A stretch of 64,000 nt of DNA from NCBI GenBank assembly GCA_019694155.1, contig JAIBCN010000181.1:6523-70522 (forward strand). The letters run 5' to 3'. Below, in pieces: positions 44,171 through 53,383 of the stretch. The stretch is from Vicinamibacteria bacterium. Its GTDB lineage: Bacteria > Acidobacteriota > Vicinamibacteria > Fen-336 > JAGNNV01. A program made the position numbers and the translations under genes. The notes beneath the pieces are model-generated. The model searched no databases and was not told the DNA's origin. It worked only from the letters and a program-made list of their open reading frames with translations. The number at the start of each line of letters is the position of its first letter. The stretch's first letter is position 1.

Positions 44171-45577
44171 CTAGCCGAGGGTCAGAGCGGACAGATCCAC
44201 GAGCCCGGTCACGGTCGGCAGGAAACCGCGCAGCCGCCACGCGTGGGCGACGCAGGCGCGGCCGTACATGAGGGGCACGAGGGGAACATCGCGCCCGAGA
44301 AGCATGCCGATTTCGCCGAGCGTCTCCTCGCGCCGCTCCTTGCGATAGGAGGCGATGAGGTCGTCCATCTCGCGGCTCCGGTAGCGCGAGAAGTTGAACG
44401 CGAAGGACGAGCCCTCGGCGCCCGAGGGCACGGCATCCGAACCGACGACCGCGGAGAGGTAGTCGCTTGGATCCGGACTGTCGGGAATGTTGCCCATGAG
44501 GGCGAGGTCGTAGTCGCCCGAGTTGACCTTCGTGATCAGTTCGCCCGACGCGACCTCCGAGGCCTCGATGATTGCGCCGAGCCTACGGAAGCGGTCGCGC
44601 AGGTGTCGGGCCACCGCGGCGGGCGCGGGGAGATAGGGGCGGGGGGCCGGGGAATAGATGATCGACATCGGCTTTTCGTAGCCGCCGGCTTCCTGCCACT
44701 CGGCGCGCGCGCGTTCGCCGTCGGGGGTGAGCCGGTCGTTGGTCTTGCCTAGGGCGGGAGGGAGAAGTCCGGTGGCTCGAAAGGCCAGGGGGTTTTCGCC
44801 GAAGGCGATCTCGGCGACGATGGTGCGGTCGACCGCCTTGGCCAGGGCGGCGCGAAGCCGCGCGTCCTTCAGCCGCTCGTTGTTGATGTAGAGCATGCAG
44901 GTCGAATTGACCGGCTTCATCACCACCGCGGTGTTCTTGAGCACGTTGACGTCCCGCCACGAAAGGCGCGGAGCGAGATCGACCTCGCCCTTCTCGAGGG
45001 CATTCAGGAGCGCGACCGGCCTTCCCGTCTGCGCATCGACGGGGTAGTGACGAACTTCTATCGACTCGATCCTGGAGGGCGTCCGCGCATGCGGATTGCG
45101 AACCAGCCGGACCACATCCTTGTCGGAGGGCCCGATCATGTACGCGCCGGTTCCAGCGAGGCCGCCCGCCGTCTCCCGATAGAGCATCCCGCACATGGTG
45201 AGGAAGAGATCGAAGCGTGTGTTGGGCGCGAACAGGGTGAGATGCACGCGCCCGTCCCGGTACGACGCCGATGCCCGACTGGTGAAGACGGGGTCGTGGG
45301 CCAGCGCCCCCACGACATCCTCGGCGGTCGCAGGCGTGCCATCGCTGAAGCGGGCGTCCCGCCGCACCGTGGTGGAGAACTTCAATCCGCCGCTTCCCGC
45401 CTCCTCGGTGAGTTTCTCCTCGAAGAGGGCGGGAGTGGCGTCACCCGCCGCCGAGGCCAGAAACGGAGTTTCGAAGATCTGGCGGGCGAGCAGAATCGTG
45501 GTCGCCTCGGCCATAGTGCGGGGATCGATCGATCCCACCGGATCGACCACTCCTATGCGGAGCACCGAGGACGCCAT
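44171..45577 (-). CDS. Solute-binding protein family 5 (peptide/nickel-type ABC substrate-binding fold); no signal peptide apparent, no adjacent permeases
   Basis: SBP_bac_5-like architecture. 468 aa. The N-terminus MASSVLRIGVVDPVGSIDP lacks a hydrophobic signal. Confidence 0.7.
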   Translation of the reverse strand: MASSVLRIGVVDPVGSIDPRTMAEATTILLARQIFETPFLASAAGDATPALFEEKLTEEAGSGGLKFSTTVRRDARFSDGTPATAEDVVGALAHDPVFTSRASASYRDGRVHLTLFAPNTRFDLFLTMCGMLYRETAGGLAGTGAYMIGPSDKDVVRLVRNPHARTPSRIESIEVRHYPVDAQTGRPVALLNALEKGEVDLAPRLSWRDVNVLKNTAVVMKPVNSTCMLYINNERLKDARLRAALAKAVDRTIVAEIAFGENPLAFRATGLLPPALGKTNDRLTPDGERARAEWQEAGGYEKPMSIIYSPAPRPYLPAPAAVARHLRDRFRRLGAIIEASEVASGELITKVNSGDYDLALMGNIPDSPDPSDYLSAVVGSDAVPSGAEGSSFAFNFSRYRSREMDDLIASYRKERREETLGEIGMLLGRDVPLVPLMYGRACVAHAWRLRGFLPTVTGLVDLSALTLG

Positions 45578-45630
45578 GGCCCATTGTAGCGACTCACCGC
45601 TGCACGCGGCGCACGCGCCGCCGTCAGGGC

Positions 45631-45975
45631 TCAGTCGTGGCGGCGTTCGTACCCGCGGCCGCGACGCTCGTAGTAGCCGCGCTCGTAGCCGGCTCGGAAA
45701 CCTTCCGCGTACTCGATCTTCGATCCGAAGTAGGGGCGGTAGCCGTCGGTGCCGCGGCGGTATCGGCCGTCGTCCCAGAAGCTGCGGCGATACGTCTTCC
45801 CCCGGTCGCGGTATCCGGCCCAGCGTCCGTCGCTCAGGCCGTGCCGGAAGCCTTCTTCATAGGCCGAGTACGCGGGCCGGTAGGGGACGGGCCGTCCCTC
45901 GTACGCCCGCGTGTAAGAGCACGCGGGCGACACGAGGGCCAGGCCGAGAACGACAGCGGCGATTCTCCGGTTCAT
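45631..45975 (-). CDS. Small secreted Arg/Tyr/Gly/Asp-rich low-complexity protein (paralog 1)
   Basis: Signal peptide MNRRIAAVVLGLALVSPAC. The mature part is about 60% R/Y/G/D/E with motifs EGFRHG and AEGFRAGYERGYYERRGRGY. Confidence 0.6.
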   Translation of the reverse strand: MNRRIAAVVLGLALVSPACSYTRAYEGRPVPYRPAYSAYEEGFRHGLSDGRWAGYRDRGKTYRRSFWDDGRYRRGTDGYRPYFGSKIEYAEGFRAGYERGYYERRGRGYERRHD

Positions 45976-45996
45976 GGCGTTCGTCCTTCCGCGGGT

Positions 45997-46413
45997 TCAG
46001 CGGTCGTAGCGGCGTCCGTCGCGCCAGTCACGGTCGTTGTATCGCCCGCCCCGGACGTTCGCGTAGCCCCGCCGATATCCCTCGGCAAAGCCCCGGCGGT
46101 AGGCCGAGACGTACTCGTAGCGGGGGCCGTATTCGCGACGGTAGCCGGCATCACCGCTCCGATAACGGCCCTCGTCCCGGTAGTTGAAACGGTCGTCGTG
46201 ACGATCGTCCTTCTCGCCCTCGCGCAGGCCGTCGCGGTATCCGTTGTCGAACGCGATGCGCTCCACGTTGTACCGGCCGCGGTAGCCGTCACGATCGTAG
46301 TAGGGGGACCGATCCGTGGCGACGACCACTCCCACGCGTACACCCGCCTGCGCGGGCAGGGTGCTCAAGAGTGCGACGGATGCGGCGATGGCGGTGAGGG
46401 CGATTCGATTCAT
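45997..46413 (-). CDS. Small secreted Arg/Tyr/Gly/Asp-rich low-complexity protein (paralog 2)
   Basis: Signal peptide with AQA-G cleavage site. Motifs DGLREG and AEGYRRGYANVRGGRY. Clear paralogy with the 45631..45975 gene. Confidence 0.6.
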   Translation of the reverse strand: MNRIALTAIAASVALLSTLPAQAGVRVGVVVATDRSPYYDRDGYRGRYNVERIAFDNGYRDGLREGEKDDRHDDRFNYRDEGRYRSGDAGYRREYGPRYEYVSAYRRGFAEGYRRGYANVRGGRYNDRDWRDGRRYDR

Positions 46414-46634
46414 GGTGTGTCTCCTTCGCCAGCCAGGAGGAGCAACCCCCGTGCCAGGTAATGCGGGTCACATTCCGGGCCGCCGCTGTACTCGGCCGGC
46501 GACAGCAGTGTCGTCGACCGAGCGCGATCCCGGGTGCTGCATCCAAGGCTCTGAACACCGCCATGTCGGGGCCAGAAGGGCGACGAAGTGGGCGGTTGAC
46601 GCTGTCCGTGCGGTGGCCGTACCGTGCGGCCGTC

Positions 46635-47546
46635 ATGAGCTTTCACTACCTGCACCTCGACGTGTTCACACCGAAGCCACTTTCCGGCAATCAGCTCGCG
46701 GTCTTCCTCGACCCGCCACGGTGGCCGGACGAGACCATGCAGGCGATTGCCCGGGAGATTGCGTTTTCGGAGACGACGTTCGTTTACCCGCCATCGCACG
46801 ACGGGTCCCTGGCGCAGGTCCGGATCTTCACGCCCGGCGGCGAACTGCCCATGGCCGGCCATCCCACGATTGGAACCACGTTCGCTCTCGCGCTGCGCGA
46901 GCGGATCCCGCATGGCACCAAGCACGTTGTGCTCGATCTCGGCGTGGGTCCGACCCCGGTGGACCTCGAATGGGACGGCGCGGCCCGCAGACTCCGCTTC
47001 GCCTGGATGACCCAACCCCGGCCGGCCTTCGGGCCGCGGCTCGAGAATCGTGAGGAGGCGGCGCGCGCGCTCGGCCTGGAGCCCGCGGACCTGGCAGCGG
47101 ATCTCCCCGTCGAGATCGTCTCGTGCGGCGTGCCCTTCGCCTACCTGCCCCTCGTTTCCCGCCATGCCGTAGACCGGGCCCGCGTGGACCGCGCCCGGTG
47201 GCAGGGTGTATGCGCCGCGAATTCCGTCGAGGAGCACAAGATCTTCGTCTTCTCGATCGAGGAGCGGAACACGACGCCCATTCGCCTTTACAGCCGCATG
47301 TTCGCGCCCCTGATCGGCATCGCCGAGGATCCCGGCACCGGCGGCGCCTCCGGGCCGCTCGGCTCCTACCTCGTGCGCCACGGCGTTGCGTCCGGGCCGG
47401 TTTCCGATTTCCTGAGCCATCAGGGTGTCGCCATGCATCGACCCTGCGAAATCTCCATCCGGATCGCGAGCGAAGGGACGGACATCACCCGCGTTCAGAT
47501 CGGCGGCACCGCCACACTCGCGGGTGAGGCCACGCTGCGCGTCTGA
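46635..47546 (+). CDS. PhzF-family isomerase (phenazine biosynthesis-like / DAP-epimerase fold)
   Basis: LHLDVFT...GNQLAVF and E(S)ETTF motifs. 303 aa. The ATG is at 46635, inside the longer track ORF. Confidence 0.9.
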   Translation: MSFHYLHLDVFTPKPLSGNQLAVFLDPPRWPDETMQAIAREIAFSETTFVYPPSHDGSLAQVRIFTPGGELPMAGHPTIGTTFALALRERIPHGTKHVVLDLGVGPTPVDLEWDGAARRLRFAWMTQPRPAFGPRLENREEAARALGLEPADLAADLPVEIVSCGVPFAYLPLVSRHAVDRARVDRARWQGVCAANSVEEHKIFVFSIEERNTTPIRLYSRMFAPLIGIAEDPGTGGASGPLGSYLVRHGVASGPVSDFLSHQGVAMHRPCEISIRIASEGTDITRVQIGGTATLAGEATLRV

Positions 47547-47589
47547 GGCGGAACGCTTTCCCCCGCGCGTGTCCTTCGTGCCAGAGTTC

Positions 47590-48618
47590 ATGATCATGAC
47601 CAGTCCCGTGATCTCGACGGAGCCGCTTGGATTCCCCTGGGCGACCGCGGACCCCTTCCTCTTCTGCGTGCATCACAACGACGCCTACCCGGAAGGCAAC
47701 GACAAGCTCGGTCCGCGCGCTTCACTCACCGGTCGGGATATCGGTCAGGATTTCAGCGGCCGGGATGGGTGGAGCATGTATCACGGCGACGTGGTGCCGG
47801 GCTTCCCGCAGCACCCCCATCGCGGCTTCGAGACCGTGACCCTGGTCCGGAGCGGCTACATCGACCATTCCGATTCACTCGGCGCCACCGCGCGCTTCGG
47901 CCGCGGCGACGCGCAGTGGCTGACCGCGGGCGCAGGCATCGTTCACTGCGAGATGTTTCCGCTGCTCGAAGAGACAAAGCCGAACCCGGTCGAACTGTTT
48001 CAGATCTGGCTCAACCTTCCCGGCGAAGACAAGCTGGTGGCGCCCCACTTCGCCATGCTCTGGGGCGAGGACATCCCGCAGCGTGTGTTCACGGACGACG
48101 CCGGCCGCGTCACGCGGGTGACGGTGGTGGCGGGTCAACTCGACGGAAGCCGCGCGCCGTCCCCTCCTCCGAGGTCCTGGGCCTCGAGGTCCGACACCGA
48201 TGTCGCGATCTGGAGCATCCGCCTGTCAGCCGGAGCGAAGTGGATGCTTCCCTGCGCGGCCGGTTCGGCAACCGTTCGCAATCTCTACTTCTTCGCCGGC
48301 CCCTCGGTGAAGATCGGCGAGCATCAGCAAAAGTCACACGCAGGAATCGAAGTGAAGGCCTCGATCGACCTCGAGATCCAGGCCGGCGACGGAGAGTGCG
48401 AGATCCTGCTTCTGCAGGGCCGCCCTATCGGCGAGCCTGTGGCGCAATATGGACCGTTCGTCATGAACACGCGGGCGGAGATCGAGCAGGCCATCGCCGA
48501 CTACCGCCGGACTCAGTTCGGCGGATGGCCGTGGCCCGTCAACGACCCGGTCCATCCCCGGGGGGAGGGCCGCTTCGCGAAGCACGCGGATGGAGAAGTG
48601 GAACGCCGGGATCGCTGA
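47590..48618 (+). CDS. Pirin-family cupin protein
   Basis: HPHRGFETVT (HxHxxxE cupin metal site). Pirin C-terminal domain. 342 aa. Confidence 0.9.
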   Translation: MIMTSPVISTEPLGFPWATADPFLFCVHHNDAYPEGNDKLGPRASLTGRDIGQDFSGRDGWSMYHGDVVPGFPQHPHRGFETVTLVRSGYIDHSDSLGATARFGRGDAQWLTAGAGIVHCEMFPLLEETKPNPVELFQIWLNLPGEDKLVAPHFAMLWGEDIPQRVFTDDAGRVTRVTVVAGQLDGSRAPSPPPRSWASRSDTDVAIWSIRLSAGAKWMLPCAAGSATVRNLYFFAGPSVKIGEHQQKSHAGIEVKASIDLEIQAGDGECEILLLQGRPIGEPVAQYGPFVMNTRAEIEQAIADYRRTQFGGWPWPVNDPVHPRGEGRFAKHADGEVERRDR

Positions 48619-48621
48619 GCT

Positions 48622-49905
48622 TCAACCCGCCCGCTGCAGATACAACTGAAGGGTCTGGCCCGCCAGGTCCTTCGCGGAAACCGAGGCCACCGCCACCCCC
48701 GAATGCCGGAGGCGGGCCGCCATGCGCCGGTTGCCGGCGAGGATGCCAAGCGCCTCCGTCTGGGCGAAGGCGTCAATCGGGGTGCGACACTCGGCCGAAA
48801 CCAGGCGGTGCACGTCGGGATCCTCCAGGTTGATCAGGATCGGCCGGTGGCGTCTTCGGAGCATCCCGAGAGCGTTGCGCACCGCCTCCGCGGCCGCGAT
48901 GTCGACCACGGAGGTCATCAACAGAGCCACCGTCCGCCGCGAGTCGAGCGAGTCGACCGCTTCCGCGGCGAGTTCGTAGGCGGGCTCCTTCAGCGTCGCT
49001 TCCAGATCGAACAGCGCGGCGTAGGCCGCCGCCGCCCCTCGCGATCCCGGCCGCACGCGGACCGTCCGCAGAATCCGGTCAGCAAACGCGATCACGGTGA
49101 CGTGGTCCCCGCGGCCGGCCGCCACGCGAACCAGAGCGAGGGTGGCGGCGAGGGCCCAATCGAGTTTCCCCCGATCGCCATCGACGCTCGCCATCGAGCG
49201 CCCGCAGTCGAGGAGAACCGCCAGGCGCCCTCCTCGTTCCCATGCGTCTTCACGACTGATCAGGTGCCCGCGCCGCGCGGACGCCTTCCAGTGGATCTTC
49301 GTCCTCGGGTCGCCGGATCGATACTCCCGAAGGGCGTAAGGCTCGTAGCCCATTCCCCGGTCCTTGAGCGGATTCTGGCCGAGCTGCTTTCGATGGGCGA
49401 GGTTCAGAAGATGACCGACGCTTCCATCCCATCTCACCTGCGGAAGGACCCGGACTTCCTCGTCGGCCAGGAACTCCCTTTGGGTCAGGGCGAGGCCCAG
49501 CGGTCCGGGAATGCGCGCGACGAGCGGCCCCAGGGCGTGCGTCCCGCGCGTCTTCGGGGTCACCATGTAGGTCCAGGCGCCGGTTCCATCCTGGACCCGC
49601 ACGGTGGCGCGACGGGGCGCCTCCGCGACGCCCGGATGCAGGGTCTCGCGCAGTTCCACGGTCAGGTCGCGATCCCCGCGCAGGTTCACCTCGCATGAGG
49701 TCTTCGCGCCCTGAACCAGAAATCCCGACCGTGATCTCGTAGCACTCAGGACCGTTCGTCGGGCAAGAAGCAGATCCGCGCCGAAGAGGGCCAGGGCCAG
49801 AACATCGGCGCCGAGAATCGCCGCGAAGGCGCGCTCCTCGAGCACCGCGACGGAGCTCGCGAACACGAGCAGCAGTCCCGTGAGCAGCAGGCGCCTTGTG
49901 GGCAT
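48622..49905 (-). CDS. DUF58 (vWA-like) protein, MoxR partner
   Basis: Two N-terminal TMs. DUF58 core (REYRSGDPRTKIHWKASARRGHLISRE). vWA-like region LLDCGRSM. Confidence 0.85.
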   Translation of the reverse strand: MPTRRLLLTGLLLVFASSVAVLEERAFAAILGADVLALALFGADLLLARRTVLSATRSRSGFLVQGAKTSCEVNLRGDRDLTVELRETLHPGVAEAPRRATVRVQDGTGAWTYMVTPKTRGTHALGPLVARIPGPLGLALTQREFLADEEVRVLPQVRWDGSVGHLLNLAHRKQLGQNPLKDRGMGYEPYALREYRSGDPRTKIHWKASARRGHLISREDAWERGGRLAVLLDCGRSMASVDGDRGKLDWALAATLALVRVAAGRGDHVTVIAFADRILRTVRVRPGSRGAAAAYAALFDLEATLKEPAYELAAEAVDSLDSRRTVALLMTSVVDIAAAEAVRNALGMLRRRHRPILINLEDPDVHRLVSAECRTPIDAFAQTEALGILAGNRRMAARLRHSGVAVASVSAKDLAGQTLQLYLQRAG

Positions 49906-49913
49906 TTGCGGTG

Positions 49914-50873
49914 CTAGTGGGGGACGTCCACGGTCTGAATCACCCGGGCCACCGCGGCGCCCGGAGTGAGACCCTCGATCTCCGCCTCCGCGGTCAGTCG
50001 GATGCGGTGGGCCCAGACCGGAACCGCGAAGCGCTTGAGGTCATCGGGAATGAGGAAGTCGCGGTCGGCGAGAAGCGCGGAAGCGCGGCCAACTTCCAGG
50101 AGCGACAGCGCCGCTCGCGGGGAAGGCCCGATCTCGACCTGGGGCGCCTTTCTCACCGCGGCGGCCAGGCGCTGCAGATAGGCGATCGATTCCGCGGAGG
50201 CGTGCACCAGGCGCGAAGCCTCCCGCAGCGCCCTGGCCTCCTCGAGACTCGAAACCACGGTGGGGACGGCCCTTGAATCGAGGGCGCGTCCTTCAGCCGC
50301 GGCCTGCAGCATGGCGATCTCATCGCCGTCGGGCGGAAGACCCACGATCACCCGGAGCGCGAAACGATCCAGCTGCGCTTCGGGAAGGGAATACGTGCCC
50401 TCATGCTCGATGGGATTCTGGGTGGCGGCCACGAAGAACGCGGGATCCAGCACATGACTCACGCCGTCGATCGTCACCTGTTCTTCCTGCATGGCCTCGA
50501 GCAGGGCCGACTGGGTCTTCGGCGGCGTCCGGTTGATCTCATCGGCCAGAAGGAAGTGGGTGAAAACCGGCCCCCGCACCAGGTGGAAAGTGCGCGTAGA
50601 CGGGTCGAAGACGTTGGCTCCCAGCAGGTCCGCGGGCATGAGGTCGGGAGTGAGCTGCACTCGCGAGAACTGCATGCCGAGGAGCTTTGCGAGCGACCGC
50701 GCGAGCGTGGTCTTGCCCACGCCCGGCATGCCCTCGATGAGGATGTGGCCCCCGGACAGGAACCCGGCGACCATCGATTCGCAGACGTCGTGCTGGCCGA
50801 CCACGCTCTGCTCGAGGGCGTTCACGATCTCTCTCGCTCTTGCCTTCGCCCAGCCACTATCCCTTGCCGTCAT
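49914..50873 (-). CDS. MoxR-family AAA+ ATPase
   Basis: Walker A GMPGVGKT. Walker B LLADEINR. ATFNP-like sensor motif (ATQNP). 319 aa. Confidence 0.95.
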   Translation of the reverse strand: MTARDSGWAKARAREIVNALEQSVVGQHDVCESMVAGFLSGGHILIEGMPGVGKTTLARSLAKLLGMQFSRVQLTPDLMPADLLGANVFDPSTRTFHLVRGPVFTHFLLADEINRTPPKTQSALLEAMQEEQVTIDGVSHVLDPAFFVAATQNPIEHEGTYSLPEAQLDRFALRVIVGLPPDGDEIAMLQAAAEGRALDSRAVPTVVSSLEEARALREASRLVHASAESIAYLQRLAAAVRKAPQVEIGPSPRAALSLLEVGRASALLADRDFLIPDDLKRFAVPVWAHRIRLTAEAEIEGLTPGAAVARVIQTVDVPH

Positions 50874-51934
50874 TGGGTCCGCCCCTCCTTCTGTTTCGCA
50901 TGGATCCGTCGCGCGACCTCCATGAGCGCACGCGCCCCATCGGCGGTGCCCGCCGGCGGAGGCGCGACCTCGACTCCCAGCACTTCGTGGGCCCGGCTTT
51001 GAAGCGCGCGTGCCGCGTCGTGGTGGTGACCGAGTCGGTCATGAATCCCCGCAATGGTCGTGAGGAATGCGCCGGTCGCGCCGCTTGCCGGAACAGGCTC
51101 GGGCCACTCCGGGCCGAAACGGCGGCCGAGGGCCGCCACGAAGAGCCCGTAGACCAGGAGAATCTGGAAGATGAAGAGGTCCAGACCCCGGCGGGACTGG
51201 ACGCCTGAAGGTGAAGCCGCGCTCGCGACGCCATGGTGGTACTCATCGAAGGCCCACCGGCCGTCCTCGCCGAAGCGGACCCGAACCCCCTCGAGAAGCG
51301 CGCTGTTGCCCGGTTCTTTCAGTCTCCCGTTGGAGAGCGTCTCGTCGGGCAGCAGCAGGATCTCTCCGTCGCCGACCGGCCGCAGGAGCACGAGCGATTC
51401 CCCGTGCGCGTTGCGCAACAGGATCTCATCGCCCGACTCGGCGCTCGGATGTTCCCTCACCACGCCCACCGCCACCAGCGGCCCGCTACCGCCAAGGGCG
51501 ATTCGATCGGTCTTCGAAGCCTCGCCCATCCAGGCCAGCGGATTGAGGGAGCGCGGGCGCGTGGCGCTGTCTTTGAAGCTCAGGCCCAGGCGCTTGCGCA
51601 GAACCGAGGATCTGGGTCGCAGCCCATATCCAAGGACGAGCCGGCCGCCCTTTTGGACGAAACGCTCCACTTCGCCCGCTTCCGCCGTCGAGAGATCGGA
51701 GGATGTGGAGCCCGTGAGCACGAGCACATCCGTTTCCCGGAGATTCCCGGCGATCGGCGCATCGAGAGTGCGGACCTCCGACCCCATCTCCTCGATGTAC
51801 CAGCGGGCCGCGCTCCACCCTGACGAGGTGCGCGACAAGGAGCTCGCGTCGGTGGGGCCCTGCCGGCCCACGCTCAGCAGGGTGATGAGGGCGAGCGCCA
51901 TCAGGGTCCCGATCCACCAGGCGTGCCGCTTCAC
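50870..51934 (-). CDS. DUF4350-like secreted/membrane protein
   Basis: N-terminal signal/TM and a C-terminal TM. Position within the conserved MoxR operon. 4-nt overlaps on both sides. Confidence 0.65.
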   Translation of the reverse strand: MKRHAWWIGTLMALALITLLSVGRQGPTDASSLSRTSSGWSAARWYIEEMGSEVRTLDAPIAGNLRETDVLVLTGSTSSDLSTAEAGEVERFVQKGGRLVLGYGLRPRSSVLRKRLGLSFKDSATRPRSLNPLAWMGEASKTDRIALGGSGPLVAVGVVREHPSAESGDEILLRNAHGESLVLLRPVGDGEILLLPDETLSNGRLKEPGNSALLEGVRVRFGEDGRWAFDEYHHGVASAASPSGVQSRRGLDLFIFQILLVYGLFVAALGRRFGPEWPEPVPASGATGAFLTTIAGIHDRLGHHHDAARALQSRAHEVLGVEVAPPPAGTADGARALMEVARRIHAKQKEGRTQ

Positions 51935-52545
51935 ACCCGAGCCTCGAGATCCGAGAGCAACCGACGAACCTCCGGCGGCGTCGGTGTGGCCGCGCCGAAG
52001 CGGAGCCGATCCAGAACGCGCGCGGGCTCGCGCAGGTCGAGGCGCCGAGAGCGCGCGATCACGTCATGAGTGGTCAGGGCGGAGTCCGGCTGATCTTTGA
52101 GGGCGGCCGACGCGAACCACCACCAGACGGAGGAGAGGGCACCGCGTGCATCGCCCCGCTCGAGCGCGGCCAGCGCGTCCCGCCGATATTCCTGCGGCGA
52201 AAGCGCGCGCATCGCCTTTCTGGGTCGCGCCGCCTCCAGCCCCAGGGTCTGCGGCTTGTGGCGAAGGGCCCGAAGGGCTCGGACGGCAACCGCGACCACC
52301 AGGACCAGGGCAAGCGCCGCCACCAGCCACGCGAGCCAGATCTGCGCACCCGGGCCGAGGGCGTGGACGAGCGGACGGGCGACTCCGCCCAGCCACTCCG
52401 CGATTCTGTGCGCCAGCAGGTCCGCGTACTCGGACCAATCCAGCGACGGCGCCCCGGTGGATGCACCGCTGTCTCTGAACGCGTCCGCGAGCGTCTTCGG
52501 GTCGGCGGCAAGCCACTCGAACGAGGGCCGGGCGACGTCAGGCAT
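51931..52545 (-). CDS. DUF4129-like membrane protein
   Basis: Central TM (LAWLVAALALVLVVAVAV), helical C-terminal domain. An internal Met start (52545) gives an 8-nt overlap (ATGCCTGA) with the upstream gene. Confidence 0.55.
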   Translation of the reverse strand: MPDVARPSFEWLAADPKTLADAFRDSGASTGAPSLDWSEYADLLAHRIAEWLGGVARPLVHALGPGAQIWLAWLVAALALVLVVAVAVRALRALRHKPQTLGLEAARPRKAMRALSPQEYRRDALAALERGDARGALSSVWWWFASAALKDQPDSALTTHDVIARSRRLDLREPARVLDRLRFGAATPTPPEVRRLLSDLEARV

Positions 52546-53383
52546 TCCGGCCGGCGTCCAGGGCGTCGATGGCGGAATCGAGGTCCTTCGCTTCCTGACG
52601 TCCACGGATGTCGAAGTACACGACCGCGGTTCCGAGATTCCCGAGCAGCGTCATTGCCGCCTGGATGAAACTCGTCACGATGCTCGTGGGGACCTGCAGC
52701 CACTGAACGAAAGAAGAGAATTGGCCATCCCTCCGTCCGTCGGCGATGCTCCTGGCCGTTTCGACGGCCACCGCCACGATGAGCGGCAGCTGGGCGAGGC
52801 CCATGAGGAGATAGGTGGTCGCGAGCGTGACCACGAAGATCAGGAAGATCCGGAAGCGCGGATCGTTGCCGAGACCTCCCGCCGGGTTGAAGCGGGACAG
52901 TTCGTGACTTCGTGACAGCGCCGCGGAGTGCGCGAAGGTGGGTTCTTCGAACACGACCGGCAGAGCCATCGCCCAGACCAGCCCGAAGTACATGCCGGGG
53001 AGCAGGCAGAAGATGAGTCCCACGCCCACCCCCAACCCCTGCAGCATGAGCGTTCCCCACGCGCGGAACCGGAGTCCTGCCCGCCACGAATCCGCGGGCG
53101 CGGTCTCCCGGCCCGCCGCGAGCCCCACCGCCATGTGCGCGAGCGCGCCGTAGCCCACAACTCCGATCACTCCGGCCAGAATCAACGCCCCGAAGAAGAC
53201 CAGTATCAAACCCGGGTTCGTGGCCAGTTGCGTCTGAACCGCGGTCATGGCGGCGCTCAAGAGTCCCGACACCAGGGCGAGCGGCAGCAGGATACTCAGG
53301 GCGGGCCGCGCGAACTCGCGCCGAAAAAGCTCCATGGCCCTATTGAAGATCTGGCCGAGCGTGAGCCCCGATGTGATGTTCAT
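52538..53383 (-). CDS. Polytopic integral membrane protein (GP-PDE-membrane-domain-like)
   Basis: 281 aa, 6-7 TM helices. The start MNITSGL is at 53383. It is embedded in a 493-aa track ORF. Confidence 0.55.
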   Translation of the reverse strand: MNITSGLTLGQIFNRAMELFRREFARPALSILLPLALVSGLLSAAMTAVQTQLATNPGLILVFFGALILAGVIGVVGYGALAHMAVGLAAGRETAPADSWRAGLRFRAWGTLMLQGLGVGVGLIFCLLPGMYFGLVWAMALPVVFEEPTFAHSAALSRSHELSRFNPAGGLGNDPRFRIFLIFVVTLATTYLLMGLAQLPLIVAVAVETARSIADGRRDGQFSSFVQWLQVPTSIVTSFIQAAMTLLGNLGTAVVYFDIRGRQEAKDLDSAIDALDAGRNA

